Part shown: positions 36,576 through 46,807 of the stretch, in pieces
Position numbering within the stretch: the stretch's first letter is position 1
How the letters are laid out: every line of letters starts with the position of its first letter
Origin: a virus
Length of the DNA stretch: 64,000 bases
Reading direction: 5' to 3' (one strand)
Virus record (IMG/VR): IMGVR_UViG_3300044510_000078
Notes under the pieces: model-generated
Database searches by the model: none
What the model was told of the DNA's origin: nothing
What the model saw: the letters and a program-made list of their open reading frames with translations, nothing else
Position numbers and translations under genes: made by a program

Positions 36576-38500
36576 TGAAGAAAAAAAAGATTTTATTCCA
36601 ATCAGATTTTAGTTTAGCGAAAACTGGTTTCGGCAGAAATGCAAAAGCTTTGCTTGAATATCTTTATAAAACAAATAAATATGAAATTATTCACTATTGC
36701 GTTGGTATAAACTATTCTAATCCAGAATTAGAAAGAACTCCTTGGAAGTCTGTCGGTTGTCTGCCAGACAGCCAACAGGAGCTTCAAGAACTAAACCGCG
36801 ACCCACATATAGCCAGACAAGCCGGATACGGGGCGCACTTTTTAGATAAAGTAATCTACGAAAATAAACCAGACGTTTATCTAGCTGTCCAAGACATATG
36901 GGGCGTAGATTTCGCAATTGGAAGAAAATGGTTCAATAAAATTAATTCAGTAATTTGGACTACGCTAGACTCTTTACCGATACTACCAAGCGCCATTGAC
37001 GCAGCGAAAAAAACAAAAAATTATTGGGTGTGGAGCAATTTCGCAACCAAAGCTCTACATGAAAAGGGGTTAAATCATGTCAAAACGCTACATGGAGCCA
37101 TAGATGATAAGTTTTTTTATAAACTTTTAGACTCTCAAAAGCAATCTCTCAGACAAAAGTTTAATATTCAAGATTCATTCGTTGTTGGATTTGTATTTAG
37201 AAACCAACTAAGAAAATCCGTTCCCAATCTTCTCGAAGGATATGCTCTTTTTAAGAAACAAAACCCAGAACTTAAAAATGCAAAACTATTATTACATACA
37301 CATTTTGGAGAGGGATGGAAAATTCACAAATTAGCAGAAGAATATCAAATTCCAAAATCCGACATTTTAACAACATACGTCTGTAAAAATTGCGCCCAGT
37401 ATCAGGTTAAAGAATTTTCCGGACAAGACATAAAATGTCCATATTGTAATGATGAAAAAGGACAGGTGACTACACAGCCGGGTATAGGCGTTTCAGAAGC
37501 CCAGTTAAATGAGATATACAATCTTATGAACGTATATTGCCACCCATTTACGTCAGGAGGGCAAGAAATTCCCATTCAAGAAGCTAAACTCTGTGAGCTT
37601 GTCACGCTCGTAACTAACTATAGCTGCGGAGAAGAGATGTGCGAACAAGAAGCTCACTCACTTGCACTAGACTATGCCAAGTATAGAGAGCATGAAACCG
37701 AGTTTATCAAAGCCTCTACGTCCCCAAATTCAATAGCAAAACAGTTAAGTAAGGTTTATGAACTTAACAAAAAAAATAACAGCATATTAAAACAAATGGG
37801 TAAGTCTGCAAGAGATTGGGTTTTGAAAAACTTTAGCATCTCTGTCATTGGTAAAAAAATAGAAGATTTTATTGACAACTCTCCAGAGGTTGAATTTTCT
37901 TTCTCTCAAGAGGAGGAACAAAAAAACCCTTTCGCAGAAATTAATTCATCTCTCCCCGATGAGGAATGGGTGCTTTCTTTATATAAATCAATCCTAAAAA
38001 TGTCAGACATTACAAAAGAGGATGAAGGATTTAAGTATTGGATACAGGAATTATCTAGGGGTGCGTCCAGACAAGAAATAGAAAAATTCTTCCGCACCGA
38101 AGCCATGAAGAAAAATCAACAAAATAAAACTCATAATTTTGAAGATTTGCTTGGGCGAGAAGGTAAAGACAAAAGAATACTCTATGTTATGCCAGAATCC
38201 ATTGGGGATGTGTTTCTATCAACGGCTCTTTTTAAATCTTTAAAAGAGTCTTACCCAGAACACAATCTGTATGTCGCCACAAAACCAGAAAACTTTGAAA
38301 TACTCGAAGGAAACCCAAGCGTTTTTAAAATTCTCTCTTATTCTCCGGTAATGGACAACTTACTTTGGCTTGAGGGGCATGGAAAACATCAAGGATTTTT
38401 CAAAGCGGCTTTTCTGGCCCATTTAGGGACTCAAAGAATTTTAAACTACATTCATAATGGAGAAGATAGAAGCCCAATCGAATTGAACTACAACAGGTAA
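36575..38500 (+). CDS. multidomain glycosyltransferase: GT4-like GT-B with CxxC/CxxC insert, DUF4214-like domain and GT9 N-terminal half
   Basis: TGFGR, GFVFRNQLRKS, EGWK, CKNC..CPYC, GGQEIPIQEA; then WVLSLYKSIL...GFKYWIQELSRGASRQEI; then RILYVMPESIGDVFLSTALFKSLKESYPE. Confidence 0.8.
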   Translation: MKKKKILFQSDFSLAKTGFGRNAKALLEYLYKTNKYEIIHYCVGINYSNPELERTPWKSVGCLPDSQQELQELNRDPHIARQAGYGAHFLDKVIYENKPDVYLAVQDIWGVDFAIGRKWFNKINSVIWTTLDSLPILPSAIDAAKKTKNYWVWSNFATKALHEKGLNHVKTLHGAIDDKFFYKLLDSQKQSLRQKFNIQDSFVVGFVFRNQLRKSVPNLLEGYALFKKQNPELKNAKLLLHTHFGEGWKIHKLAEEYQIPKSDILTTYVCKNCAQYQVKEFSGQDIKCPYCNDEKGQVTTQPGIGVSEAQLNEIYNLMNVYCHPFTSGGQEIPIQEAKLCELVTLVTNYSCGEEMCEQEAHSLALDYAKYREHETEFIKASTSPNSIAKQLSKVYELNKKNNSILKQMGKSARDWVLKNFSISVIGKKIEDFIDNSPEVEFSFSQEEEQKNPFAEINSSLPDEEWVLSLYKSILKMSDITKEDEGFKYWIQELSRGASRQEIEKFFRTEAMKKNQQNKTHNFEDLLGREGKDKRILYVMPESIGDVFLSTALFKSLKESYPEHNLYVATKPENFEILEGNPSVFKILSYSPVMDNLLWLEGHGKHQGFFKAAFLAHLGTQRILNYIHNGEDRSPIELNYNR

Positions 38501-39675
38501 TGCATTTACTGAAAACATATTCATTAGCCAGCGGAGCCATGATAGACAAGCCATTTATCTATCAGAAATTTTTTCCATTACCATTTAGTGATTTTATTAC
38601 ATTTCATCCATGCTCTAAAAATTCTAAAACCTATGATTATTGGCAAGATGTCATTGATGAAATTTTTCCAGTATTAAATAATTTAAATATCAAAATAATA
38701 CAAATTGGCGCATCTGGGGAACATTCTTATAAAAACTGCATTAACATACAAGGCGGGACGGGTTTGGGACAAGTGGCGTATCTTTTAAACAAGGCGCGAC
38801 TGCACTTAGGCGCTGATAGTTTTCCAGTTCACATGGCGTCTTCAATGTCAAAAAAGATAGTCGCGCTTTATGCAAATAATTTTATATCAAACGTTTCTCC
38901 ATATTGGAGTAGGCCAGAAGACGTTGCCCTTTTAGAACCAAACAGAGGGAAAGACAATCCCAATTTCGTATTAGACGAAAATCCAAAAACAATAAATAAA
39001 ATTCCAACAGAGGATATTGTTAATTCTGTATTCAAGCTGCTTGAAATAAATTCAAAAAGCCAAAACAAAACAATATTTGTTGGTTCTAGGTATTCAAACA
39101 CAAATCTTATAATGGATTTTGTTCCAAATCAAGTTGTCAACTTTGCAGGGCAAAAAATGCCGACAATCGAACTGAGAATGGACTTAGAGTTTAATGAAGA
39201 AATCCTTAAAAAACAACTTTCTACCTCAAAGTGCTCCATTATTACAAACAGGCCAATAAGTAAAGATATTCTTGTTTATTTTAAGAAAAATGTCGTGGCT
39301 GTTTTTTATATTGTAGAACAGTCTGACAACCCAGAGTTTATTAGATTACTTAAAAATCTCGGAATTAAAACCGCGCTGATTTCCTATCTAAGCGAGGAAG
39401 AGCTTTCTACTAAAAAAATAAACTACTACGAACTTGGAAAAATCAATAGGATTCCAGCCACAAATAAAGAAATTTTAGATTTATTGAATAAAGAGTCCAA
39501 TCTTTATTATAAATCAAACAAATTAATCCACAGTAACAAAAACATATTCTTTAGCGTTGCAGACTTCAAAAATAATCTACCAGCAAGCATAAATCAATAC
39601 GTAAAAATTAACAAATTAAATGAAGATTTTGCTTCTGAAATTGAACATTTCAAAATCGTAAAAAAGCTTGACTAA
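38500..39675 (+). CDS. GT9 C-terminal half plus uncharacterised C-terminal domain
   Basis: FITFHP, YDYWQDVI, IIQIG, LGQVAYLLNKARLHLGADSFPVHMASSMSKKIVALY; TAATG coupling to the upstream gene. Confidence 0.75.
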   Translation: MHLLKTYSLASGAMIDKPFIYQKFFPLPFSDFITFHPCSKNSKTYDYWQDVIDEIFPVLNNLNIKIIQIGASGEHSYKNCINIQGGTGLGQVAYLLNKARLHLGADSFPVHMASSMSKKIVALYANNFISNVSPYWSRPEDVALLEPNRGKDNPNFVLDENPKTINKIPTEDIVNSVFKLLEINSKSQNKTIFVGSRYSNTNLIMDFVPNQVVNFAGQKMPTIELRMDLEFNEEILKKQLSTSKCSIITNRPISKDILVYFKKNVVAVFYIVEQSDNPEFIRLLKNLGIKTALISYLSEEELSTKKINYYELGKINRIPATNKEILDLLNKESNLYYKSNKLIHSNKNIFFSVADFKNNLPASINQYVKINKLNEDFASEIEHFKIVKKLD

Positions 39676-39696
39676 TCAACAGGAACAGGGTAATCT
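39668..39696 (+). promoter_or_regulatory. sigma70-type promoter, probably leaderless
   Basis: TTGACT-17 bp-TAATCT; ATG 6 nt after the -10 hexamer. Confidence 0.6.
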
Positions 39697-39702
39697 ATCA
39701 AG

Positions 39703-40437
39703 ATGAGCGAAAACACTCCAAAACTAACTACGCGTAATGAACTTGGCCTCATAGACACGGTAACTTATGCATTTAACGAAGATGGCTCAATTGATTGGCG
39801 CAAAATGATTAACCCCAAATACCTTGTCCCGAACAAACAAGTTTTTGATAAAAGAAAAAAAGAAATCCCCCAATCAATAGAGGGTCTTGAAGATAAAGAA
39901 TTGTTAATTCTGCTCCACGGCTTAAAAGAACTTGCAAAAATTAGGGGCTTTTCCTCTGTCGAATATAAGGTTTCTGCGCCATCTGACTCTTGTATTTTGG
40001 CGGTCTGTTCAATATCTTGGATTCCTAATTACGAAACAGAAAACAGACCCGTCCTTTTTTCTGCCATCGGAGACGCGACGCCATTTAACACTAATGGATT
40101 TGGTAGAACATTTTTAGGACCAATAGCAGAAAATAGGTCTTTCGTTCGGTGCGTTAGAAACTTTTTGAGAATTAATATCACCGGACAAGACGAAATCGGT
40201 GGACAAAACCCTTCAGAAGAACCCTCTCAGGAGTCTTCTCAAAAGGAAACGATAGTCACCCCAGCCTCTTTATTAAACGAGGTAATGAAAGGAAAAAAAA
40301 TAACATTTGAACAAGTAAAATCCAAACTTAAAAAAGAAGGATTTAAGGATGCAGACGTTCTTTCTTCGTTAGAAGAAATTCCCAAGGTTAAAATTTTTGA
40401 ACTTATAGAAAGAATCAAAAACTACTCTCAATGCTAA
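39703..40437 (+). CDS. putative single-strand annealing protein (Rad52/Sak-like)
   Basis: LHGLKELA..., AVCSISW, FSAIGDA, IAENRSFVRCVRNFLRI resembles the Rad52-fold A-E-x-R-A-x-x-R-A-L-R motif; flexible linker and small C-terminal helical domain. Confidence 0.5.
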   Translation: MSENTPKLTTRNELGLIDTVTYAFNEDGSIDWRKMINPKYLVPNKQVFDKRKKEIPQSIEGLEDKELLILLHGLKELAKIRGFSSVEYKVSAPSDSCILAVCSISWIPNYETENRPVLFSAIGDATPFNTNGFGRTFLGPIAENRSFVRCVRNFLRINITGQDEIGGQNPSEEPSQESSQKETIVTPASLLNEVMKGKKITFEQVKSKLKKEGFKDADVLSSLEEIPKVKIFELIERIKNYSQC

Positions 40438-41474
40438 GAGACTATAATTGGAGAATAGGTCGGATTATAGATTATCGTTCCCGCTTGCCTTACTTGGGGT
40501 GTTGGGAACGAATTAGGAGTAGTAACTATTAAGGGTTGACATTCGTTGTTTATTTCTCTAACTTTATTGTCTTCATTTATATCTTCGTAAGCTACATTTG
40601 TGAAGAATATATTTTGAAATACTCTAAAAACATATGGATTATTTTTGATGTTTGTGGCTCCCGCAAAATTAAAAGTATTTAATAAAATCTTATCATATTT
40701 ACAAATTTCACTTGAATGAATATATCTCCAAAATAAAGCAAAAGCATATCTATTGAGCAAAAACCAATAGGTGTTGCCGTCAATGGTTCCAGCAACTTTA
40801 GTCACGCCTATTGGAAAGGATGGCATATATCCACTAAAAAGATTATTGTAATTATTTGCTGTGTTTGGACTAGCCAAACACTTTTTCTTCGCTTCTGTAA
40901 ATCGAGCGTTTTGCGGTGGGTTTGTTCCATATATTTGAAATCCAGTAGAGCAAGCGGTGTCGGGCGTAGGGTCTGTGGCGATATATGCGGCGTTCATATC
41001 ATAATCCGCACCAGTCAATGTTGAGTTACCGAACTCTGATTTGAAAATCGCGTCCGAAACAGGAATTGGAGTTTTGAATTTTTTTATTTTTAATGTCTCT
41101 CCAATTTGATAAGGCTTGTTAATTTTCGGAATATTGCTAAGTGAATAGTTTTGAATTGAGCCTATATTTATGTTCCCAACCGCATCTGAGCGTCTCTGGT
41201 TTGCTTGAGAACCAGAGACACCACCATCTACATTAATCCAGAGATGTTGTGGGCGCAAAACAACGCCAAACATTGACCTGTATTGGGTTGACGTAGGAAT
41301 TCTATCGCACGATTCAAGCATCACAATAACAAACCTACTTAAAATATCAAAATGTTTGTCTTCTGTAATGCCGGGGTCGCCATAATTAGCCACAACCCTA
41401 GCAGTAAGAATTTCCTCTTCGGTATTCTTTTTTGTTATTTGTCGCTGATTTAAATTTTGTTTATTTTGTGACAT
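40434..41474 (-). CDS. putative tail/baseplate-associated protein
   Basis: 346-aa ORF, last gene of the minus-strand tail operon. Confidence 0.6.
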   Translation of the reverse strand: MSQNKQNLNQRQITKKNTEEEILTARVVANYGDPGITEDKHFDILSRFVIVMLESCDRIPTSTQYRSMFGVVLRPQHLWINVDGGVSGSQANQRRSDAVGNINIGSIQNYSLSNIPKINKPYQIGETLKIKKFKTPIPVSDAIFKSEFGNSTLTGADYDMNAAYIATDPTPDTACSTGFQIYGTNPPQNARFTEAKKKCLASPNTANNYNNLFSGYMPSFPIGVTKVAGTIDGNTYWFLLNRYAFALFWRYIHSSEICKYDKILLNTFNFAGATNIKNNPYVFRVFQNIFFTNVAYEDINEDNKVREINNECQPLIVTTPNSFPTPQVRQAGTIIYNPTYSPIIVS

Positions 41475-43367
41475 TTAATTGAAAAAGTCTATGTCTCCAG
41501 CGTCTCCACTCGGTTCTTGAATTACTTTTAAATATCCAGTTTCTTTATTAAATATATTTACACCCCGCAGCATACACGAAAAAAGAGAATTATCTTGTAA
41601 AAGCAAAGACAACTTTGACTGGATTGGATTATTGTTTGTTGTTTGAATATAAAACGTCCTAAATAATACCGAATTCGACGTAGAAGAAAGAAGGGCTTCT
41701 CCGCTATATCCAGTTCCTTGATAAAAGGGAACGTCCGTCAAGGAATCAACATTTTCCCCCGTGCATAATCTCCAAATTCCAGAAAATTGCACTGTTTGTC
41801 CACTGGCATTTAAATAAAACTGACCAGAAGCATTAAGCCCAGAGTCAATGGCGATTGAATTAAATATATCGTCAGACTTACGATGAAAAACCATCTTAGG
41901 CAAGTAAACCGAATTATACCCAGAACCAATGTTAGTTATTTCTATTCCGGTAGCTTGGATGTAAACGTATTCAACGCCAGTGACGAACCCGGTCACGCCC
42001 GTATTGTAAAAAGCTTCAGCAAATAAATAAGAAGCCAAAGGATTCATTATTGCAGAGCCGGAAAAGGGAGCGTATATATATTGATTGCCGCTAACCGCTG
42101 AGACATCAAAACAGTCGCTCGCAATACTGCCCGTATTTAGAACAACAGATGGAGCGTAGTTATATCCAGTTCCGCCAGAAAACATATTAATTCCAGTTAT
42201 GGTATAAAACGTATTATTACCGTAGATGTTCAATGAAACAGGCTTTAATAAAGCCTCTCCACTAGCCCCAGTTCCCAAACCGCTACTGACTAAAAATGAA
42301 ATCGGAATTGCAGCGCCCCGACATCCACTAGAAAACAAATTATTGATGGCAAAATCAATATTTTTTATAGAATAGTAGCTTATAAACTCCAAGTCTGGAA
42401 ATTGTTGATAAATTCCAGAATTTGTCACTCTAGCGCCAGTGATAAAATCTCCAGTAAATGTCGCCGAATATCCAGAGGGGAAAATCGGAGATAGTTGGCA
42501 TTTAAATGTTTTGGAAATTTCAGAGCCATTTGAATTATAAGCTTCATACACAATTTGTTGGTCTTCAAATAGTTCGCTATTCTTGACGAAAAGGAATTGA
42601 CAATTTTGAGCGCCACCAGTTAATAAGCCAGTAAAAGGCGTCAAAACATCCGTATTGATGAAATCAAATATCCCGCTAATTAAGAAATTACCAGTTACTC
42701 CAGAAACTCTATTTAATACAAAATCAGAAGTAAGTCCTCCATAAGAAGTTTCCAAATTAAACGTAAATGGAACTGGCCCGTCTAAAGCTCCACTCGTTAT
42801 GTCTGGCAATTGAAATCCAAAAGACGCATTCCCGCTTACTGCACCTGAGATTCGTTTATTAAAGCTTGGTTTATCACCATTCTTAAAAATATAAGATGAG
42901 TCAAAAATCTGAAAAGAAATGTCTGAATTATTTACCACCCGTCCAGTTGCAAAAGTCCCGGCACGGAATTCATTTTCAAATTGTATTGATACATTTGGTT
43001 GTGGAGCATAAAGGTAAGGATTAACAGACAAACTACATCCGGTTACATTCACAAAAAAATATTTATAAACAATAGAATTTTTGCTTTCCCCATCGCAGAA
43101 TAGTCCGCTGTCTATATAATACCTATAAACATTGTCCGAAAGCTCTGCTCTAATAGAGGTTTCTTCATCTGGCCTATATGAACCTATAAATCTTTTTTGC
43201 GGGTCCAAAATTCTTCCAGAAACAAAAGAAAAACATAACATCTGCCCCTGACCAGAAACGCCTATTTCGGCGACGCCGGTCGAGTTGTTAAGATAAAGAT
43301 TCTGTAAATCGAATACTACGTATTTCGATTGTGGGATTAATCTAAATTTATTCTCGTTAAATATCAT
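41475..43367 (-). CDS. putative tail protein, Ser/Thr-Gly rich
   Basis: 630-aa beta-rich ORF; includes the GSGY/GTGY motif seen in phage tail/baseplate beta-domains. Confidence 0.65.
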   Translation of the reverse strand: MIFNENKFRLIPQSKYVVFDLQNLYLNNSTGVAEIGVSGQGQMLCFSFVSGRILDPQKRFIGSYRPDEETSIRAELSDNVYRYYIDSGLFCDGESKNSIVYKYFFVNVTGCSLSVNPYLYAPQPNVSIQFENEFRAGTFATGRVVNNSDISFQIFDSSYIFKNGDKPSFNKRISGAVSGNASFGFQLPDITSGALDGPVPFTFNLETSYGGLTSDFVLNRVSGVTGNFLISGIFDFINTDVLTPFTGLLTGGAQNCQFLFVKNSELFEDQQIVYEAYNSNGSEISKTFKCQLSPIFPSGYSATFTGDFITGARVTNSGIYQQFPDLEFISYYSIKNIDFAINNLFSSGCRGAAIPISFLVSSGLGTGASGEALLKPVSLNIYGNNTFYTITGINMFSGGTGYNYAPSVVLNTGSIASDCFDVSAVSGNQYIYAPFSGSAIMNPLASYLFAEAFYNTGVTGFVTGVEYVYIQATGIEITNIGSGYNSVYLPKMVFHRKSDDIFNSIAIDSGLNASGQFYLNASGQTVQFSGIWRLCTGENVDSLTDVPFYQGTGYSGEALLSSTSNSVLFRTFYIQTTNNNPIQSKLSLLLQDNSLFSCMLRGVNIFNKETGYLKVIQEPSGDAGDIDFFN

Positions 43368-46300
43368 TATCTTATAAGTCTTGGGCCTATTTTATTTAAT
43401 ATTGATTCTTGATTTGGTAAAGTCGGTGGACGGCTGGAAAAAGACAGGTCGGTAGAAACTCCATTATCATCAAGAGTAATGTTGAAATTTGTAAGGCCGG
43501 ATAATGGATTTATCGCAGATAAAAAGCTTCCAAACATATCTGGCGAGCCGATTAATTTTACATCAACGGTTTGTTTTATGTCTGGGCTTTCGTTTCTGTT
43601 CAATGCAGAAATTACCGAATGATATTCGGAAACCGTCGTAATCGCATTATTTGCGCCAGTTAAAAGGGTTGTAAAATGTAAGAATCCCTTTCCATTTATC
43701 GAAAGATATGGATTCAAGTCTGGGTCAATCGTGTTATTGATTATTTTTAACCTAGACGTGTTATTATTTTTCTTATTTGGTGGTTCCCCATAAATCTCAG
43801 TAACTTCTGGAACTCTAAGCTCTGTTTCTATATGGGTCGTCATTATTCCCGAATACATTTGTGTATTTGCTGGACTTTGTCCACTTAGCATTGATAAAGA
43901 TGCAAAATATGGATTACAATTAACTGGATAAATAATTGCTGCATTTCTATAAGCTGCTGGATAAGTTAATAATGATTCACTTAAATCAGAAACATAAAAA
44001 TATCCAAGCTCGTCCGTTGGGGCAAATTGATTGTTTGGGCTTATTCTTGTATTTCTTCCAACGCTCACTACTAAGCCTCTCGAATTTGGAGAGTCCAACA
44101 TTTCTCTTGAAAAACCAGCCCTGTATATGCCAGTAGGATTTGGGTCGCAACTATAATCATGTAAATCCTTATTTTGCGCTGTGGCGGCTTTGAATTTTAA
44201 CCCATCATTGCAAATTTCGTCCAAAGGATGTAAGTCACAAATAGAGGGTTTCTTTTCTTGAGTCCTGCGTTTCAAAGCCTCTTTCTCGTCTTCCAAGAAT
44301 TTTTCCCACATCACAGGATTCTTAGTTTTGAACCCAGACACTTCAAAAACAACCGTGCAATTCGGGTGGCGACTGGCCCTGACATCTGGGATAATACAAA
44401 CGTGAAGTTTGGGGCAAATATTTTTATAGATTCCTTGATAATTGTAGTAAACGGTAGATATTTGGTCAGCGCTTAATGCCCCATTTGTTGTCGCCGCTAT
44501 TTCCTCAATCTGAGATTGGAATTCCCTATAGAACTCATCCAAATCTGGATGAAAAGAAGGCTTAAAATTATCCAAATCCCACTGTTGCTCCGTGAATCCG
44601 TCCAAATCTTGCAACTGATTTATTGCCGAAGCCGTTGTGTATGACTGACAACTTTGGTCATTAAATTCAAGAGCCTTGTTAAAATTGTCCGGAGTTGTTC
44701 CCCATGCATTATCAATAGAAGCATAGTAAAATCCAGTTGGCCCAACAATCGGAACATATCCAGTATATCCAATGTCTTTAAATAAAACTTTTTCTGCAAG
44801 ACCAGTATAAGGAATTAAATCAACAAAAGGCGCAAATCGAACGCTCGGATATTGTTGTGCAGAGGGCTCAAATTCATTTTTGTAAGTTGTAAAAGAAAGT
44901 CCGCTGCTTCCGTATTCAAATCCGCCAGCGGGAGACGCGTCGTATAAAATGTCACTAGGAACATACGGCGTTCCTTGTAGGGTTCCCTGTTGAACTCTGA
45001 CGAATTTATACATATTTTCGGCACAACTGTTCTCCCAAGATATAACTTCTTCATGGAAATCAGAATAATAATACCCAAGAAATATCTGATAAAATGATTG
45101 GTCCAATACTATACTTTGAGTTGCGGCGTCATTTCCGCCGCCTTTGAATTTTGATATGAGATAAGATTTTATTTCTTCATTTTCGAGCCGGACAATTGGC
45201 GCAAACCCTAAAGCTTTAAAGTTTGAGTCGAAATCTTTTTTTGCATTTCTGGTGGATTCAATTGTGTTTGACGCAGATACATCAAGGATGGCTAATGACT
45301 CTAATATTCTTTCCCCAACAAATATATCTCTCAAAGTTTTATTAAACTTCGATAAAGCCATACAGGTATCAATGTCTCCAAAAGTTCTATTTGTGAATTT
45401 TTGGAAGCGTTGAGCCCTATCAGAGCCCTTTGTAAAAGAAGCCGCTTGAACCCCACCAATTGACCCGTTATATGTGATTATGCTCCCAAGAGTATCGAAA
45501 TCCCACTGATACACATAATCAAGATACCCAAATCCAAATATGTCGTTCCTTACCACTTGGTTCGACATATTAAAATAATTCAAATCAATTGGATGCAAAG
45601 GATACATTCCTACATATCTTTTTACGTCTTTTGATTCTGTTTTATGTTCGATTGCTCTTATATTTGCAGTAATGATTCCTTGACTATATGCGTCCTCCAA
45701 AGATGCGGCTTCACTATATGTATTTATCGCAGCCGCATTAGCAATAAATGGCCGTGAAATATCTTTTGCTGAGTCAGGCAAGTCGAACAACCCCTTAACA
45801 TTAATAGATTTTGAAATGTCCAGTCCAATAAAAGTTCTTCCAGAGCAATAATAATCCATCGCAAAATCTGAACACCAATTTCCGAGAACTTCTCTTAATG
45901 TTCCAATATAGTTTTGCCTGTAGCCATAAATTCTTTCCGAATAACCAGTTGGGAAAACTCCATCAAATTTAAGTCCTCTTAATTTTAACGAAGCAATCAG
46001 TTCCGCAAAACTATATTTGACTTCTGGCAATGCGCCGCAATTTTCTTCAGGCATTTCTTCGGTGCCAAGCATTAAATAGCCACCATTTAAATCAAATTTA
46101 TTTGAATAAGAGAAGTTCTGAGATTTTTCAATAAAGTTTGTCCAGTTTTTGAAAATATTTTCCAGCGCAGAATTAGTGACGCTGGAGAAATTATCTTCTG
46201 TTTTTTCGTTAAGTCCAACATATGAACCATAGGCTAATTCTCTAACAAGTTGACCTGTATATGGAAAAAATCCACCAGTCAAAGTGCAGTCTGGACATTT

Positions 46301-46807
46301 TGCCGGTATTTGTCCAGAAGCAAAGGAAGAATGTAAAAATTTATTTCCTTGTCTTTTTATAAGCCCCACGTAAATTTTATCTAGCAAAACTGAATAATCT
46401 TTAAAAACTACTGATAAGATTTTTCTATTTGATTGAATATCCTTCTTGTAAGAGAATAAAACCATATCAGAGTAGAATACGCCATTAAAATTTATATCGT
46501 ATAAGTTTTCGTTAATGGGTCCACCATCGCCAGCATCGCATCTTAAATCTGTATCTAAAATATCAAAATTTGCCGCTTTTTGGGATAGCGAAGACGGGCT
46601 TTCTAAGGTCATGTATAAAGTGATTTCAGTTGGCTTTTGCCCGAATCCTATCGAGCAATTGGCTGAGTAAATCCATCCACCAAAAGCGTATGAGGTTGGC
46701 CAAGGCCACAATCTTACCGGACTTACACCAGCAGAAGCCGAAAACCTCCCTAGAATAGAGCCTTGTTTGGGCGTAACCGTAATACCATTGAGAATCTGTA
46801 TAGACAT
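43367..46807 (-). CDS. putative tail tip/hub protein (1146 aa)
   Basis: Position downstream of the tape measure; CPDC motif; no closer family recognised. Confidence 0.6.
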   Translation of the reverse strand: MSIQILNGITVTPKQGSILGRFSASAGVSPVRLWPWPTSYAFGGWIYSANCSIGFGQKPTEITLYMTLESPSSLSQKAANFDILDTDLRCDAGDGGPINENLYDINFNGVFYSDMVLFSYKKDIQSNRKILSVVFKDYSVLLDKIYVGLIKRQGNKFLHSSFASGQIPAKCPDCTLTGGFFPYTGQLVRELAYGSYVGLNEKTEDNFSSVTNSALENIFKNWTNFIEKSQNFSYSNKFDLNGGYLMLGTEEMPEENCGALPEVKYSFAELIASLKLRGLKFDGVFPTGYSERIYGYRQNYIGTLREVLGNWCSDFAMDYYCSGRTFIGLDISKSINVKGLFDLPDSAKDISRPFIANAAAINTYSEAASLEDAYSQGIITANIRAIEHKTESKDVKRYVGMYPLHPIDLNYFNMSNQVVRNDIFGFGYLDYVYQWDFDTLGSIITYNGSIGGVQAASFTKGSDRAQRFQKFTNRTFGDIDTCMALSKFNKTLRDIFVGERILESLAILDVSASNTIESTRNAKKDFDSNFKALGFAPIVRLENEEIKSYLISKFKGGGNDAATQSIVLDQSFYQIFLGYYYSDFHEEVISWENSCAENMYKFVRVQQGTLQGTPYVPSDILYDASPAGGFEYGSSGLSFTTYKNEFEPSAQQYPSVRFAPFVDLIPYTGLAEKVLFKDIGYTGYVPIVGPTGFYYASIDNAWGTTPDNFNKALEFNDQSCQSYTTASAINQLQDLDGFTEQQWDLDNFKPSFHPDLDEFYREFQSQIEEIAATTNGALSADQISTVYYNYQGIYKNICPKLHVCIIPDVRASRHPNCTVVFEVSGFKTKNPVMWEKFLEDEKEALKRRTQEKKPSICDLHPLDEICNDGLKFKAATAQNKDLHDYSCDPNPTGIYRAGFSREMLDSPNSRGLVVSVGRNTRISPNNQFAPTDELGYFYVSDLSESLLTYPAAYRNAAIIYPVNCNPYFASLSMLSGQSPANTQMYSGIMTTHIETELRVPEVTEIYGEPPNKKNNNTSRLKIINNTIDPDLNPYLSINGKGFLHFTTLLTGANNAITTVSEYHSVISALNRNESPDIKQTVDVKLIGSPDMFGSFLSAINPLSGLTNFNITLDDNGVSTDLSFSSRPPTLPNQESILNKIGPRLIR

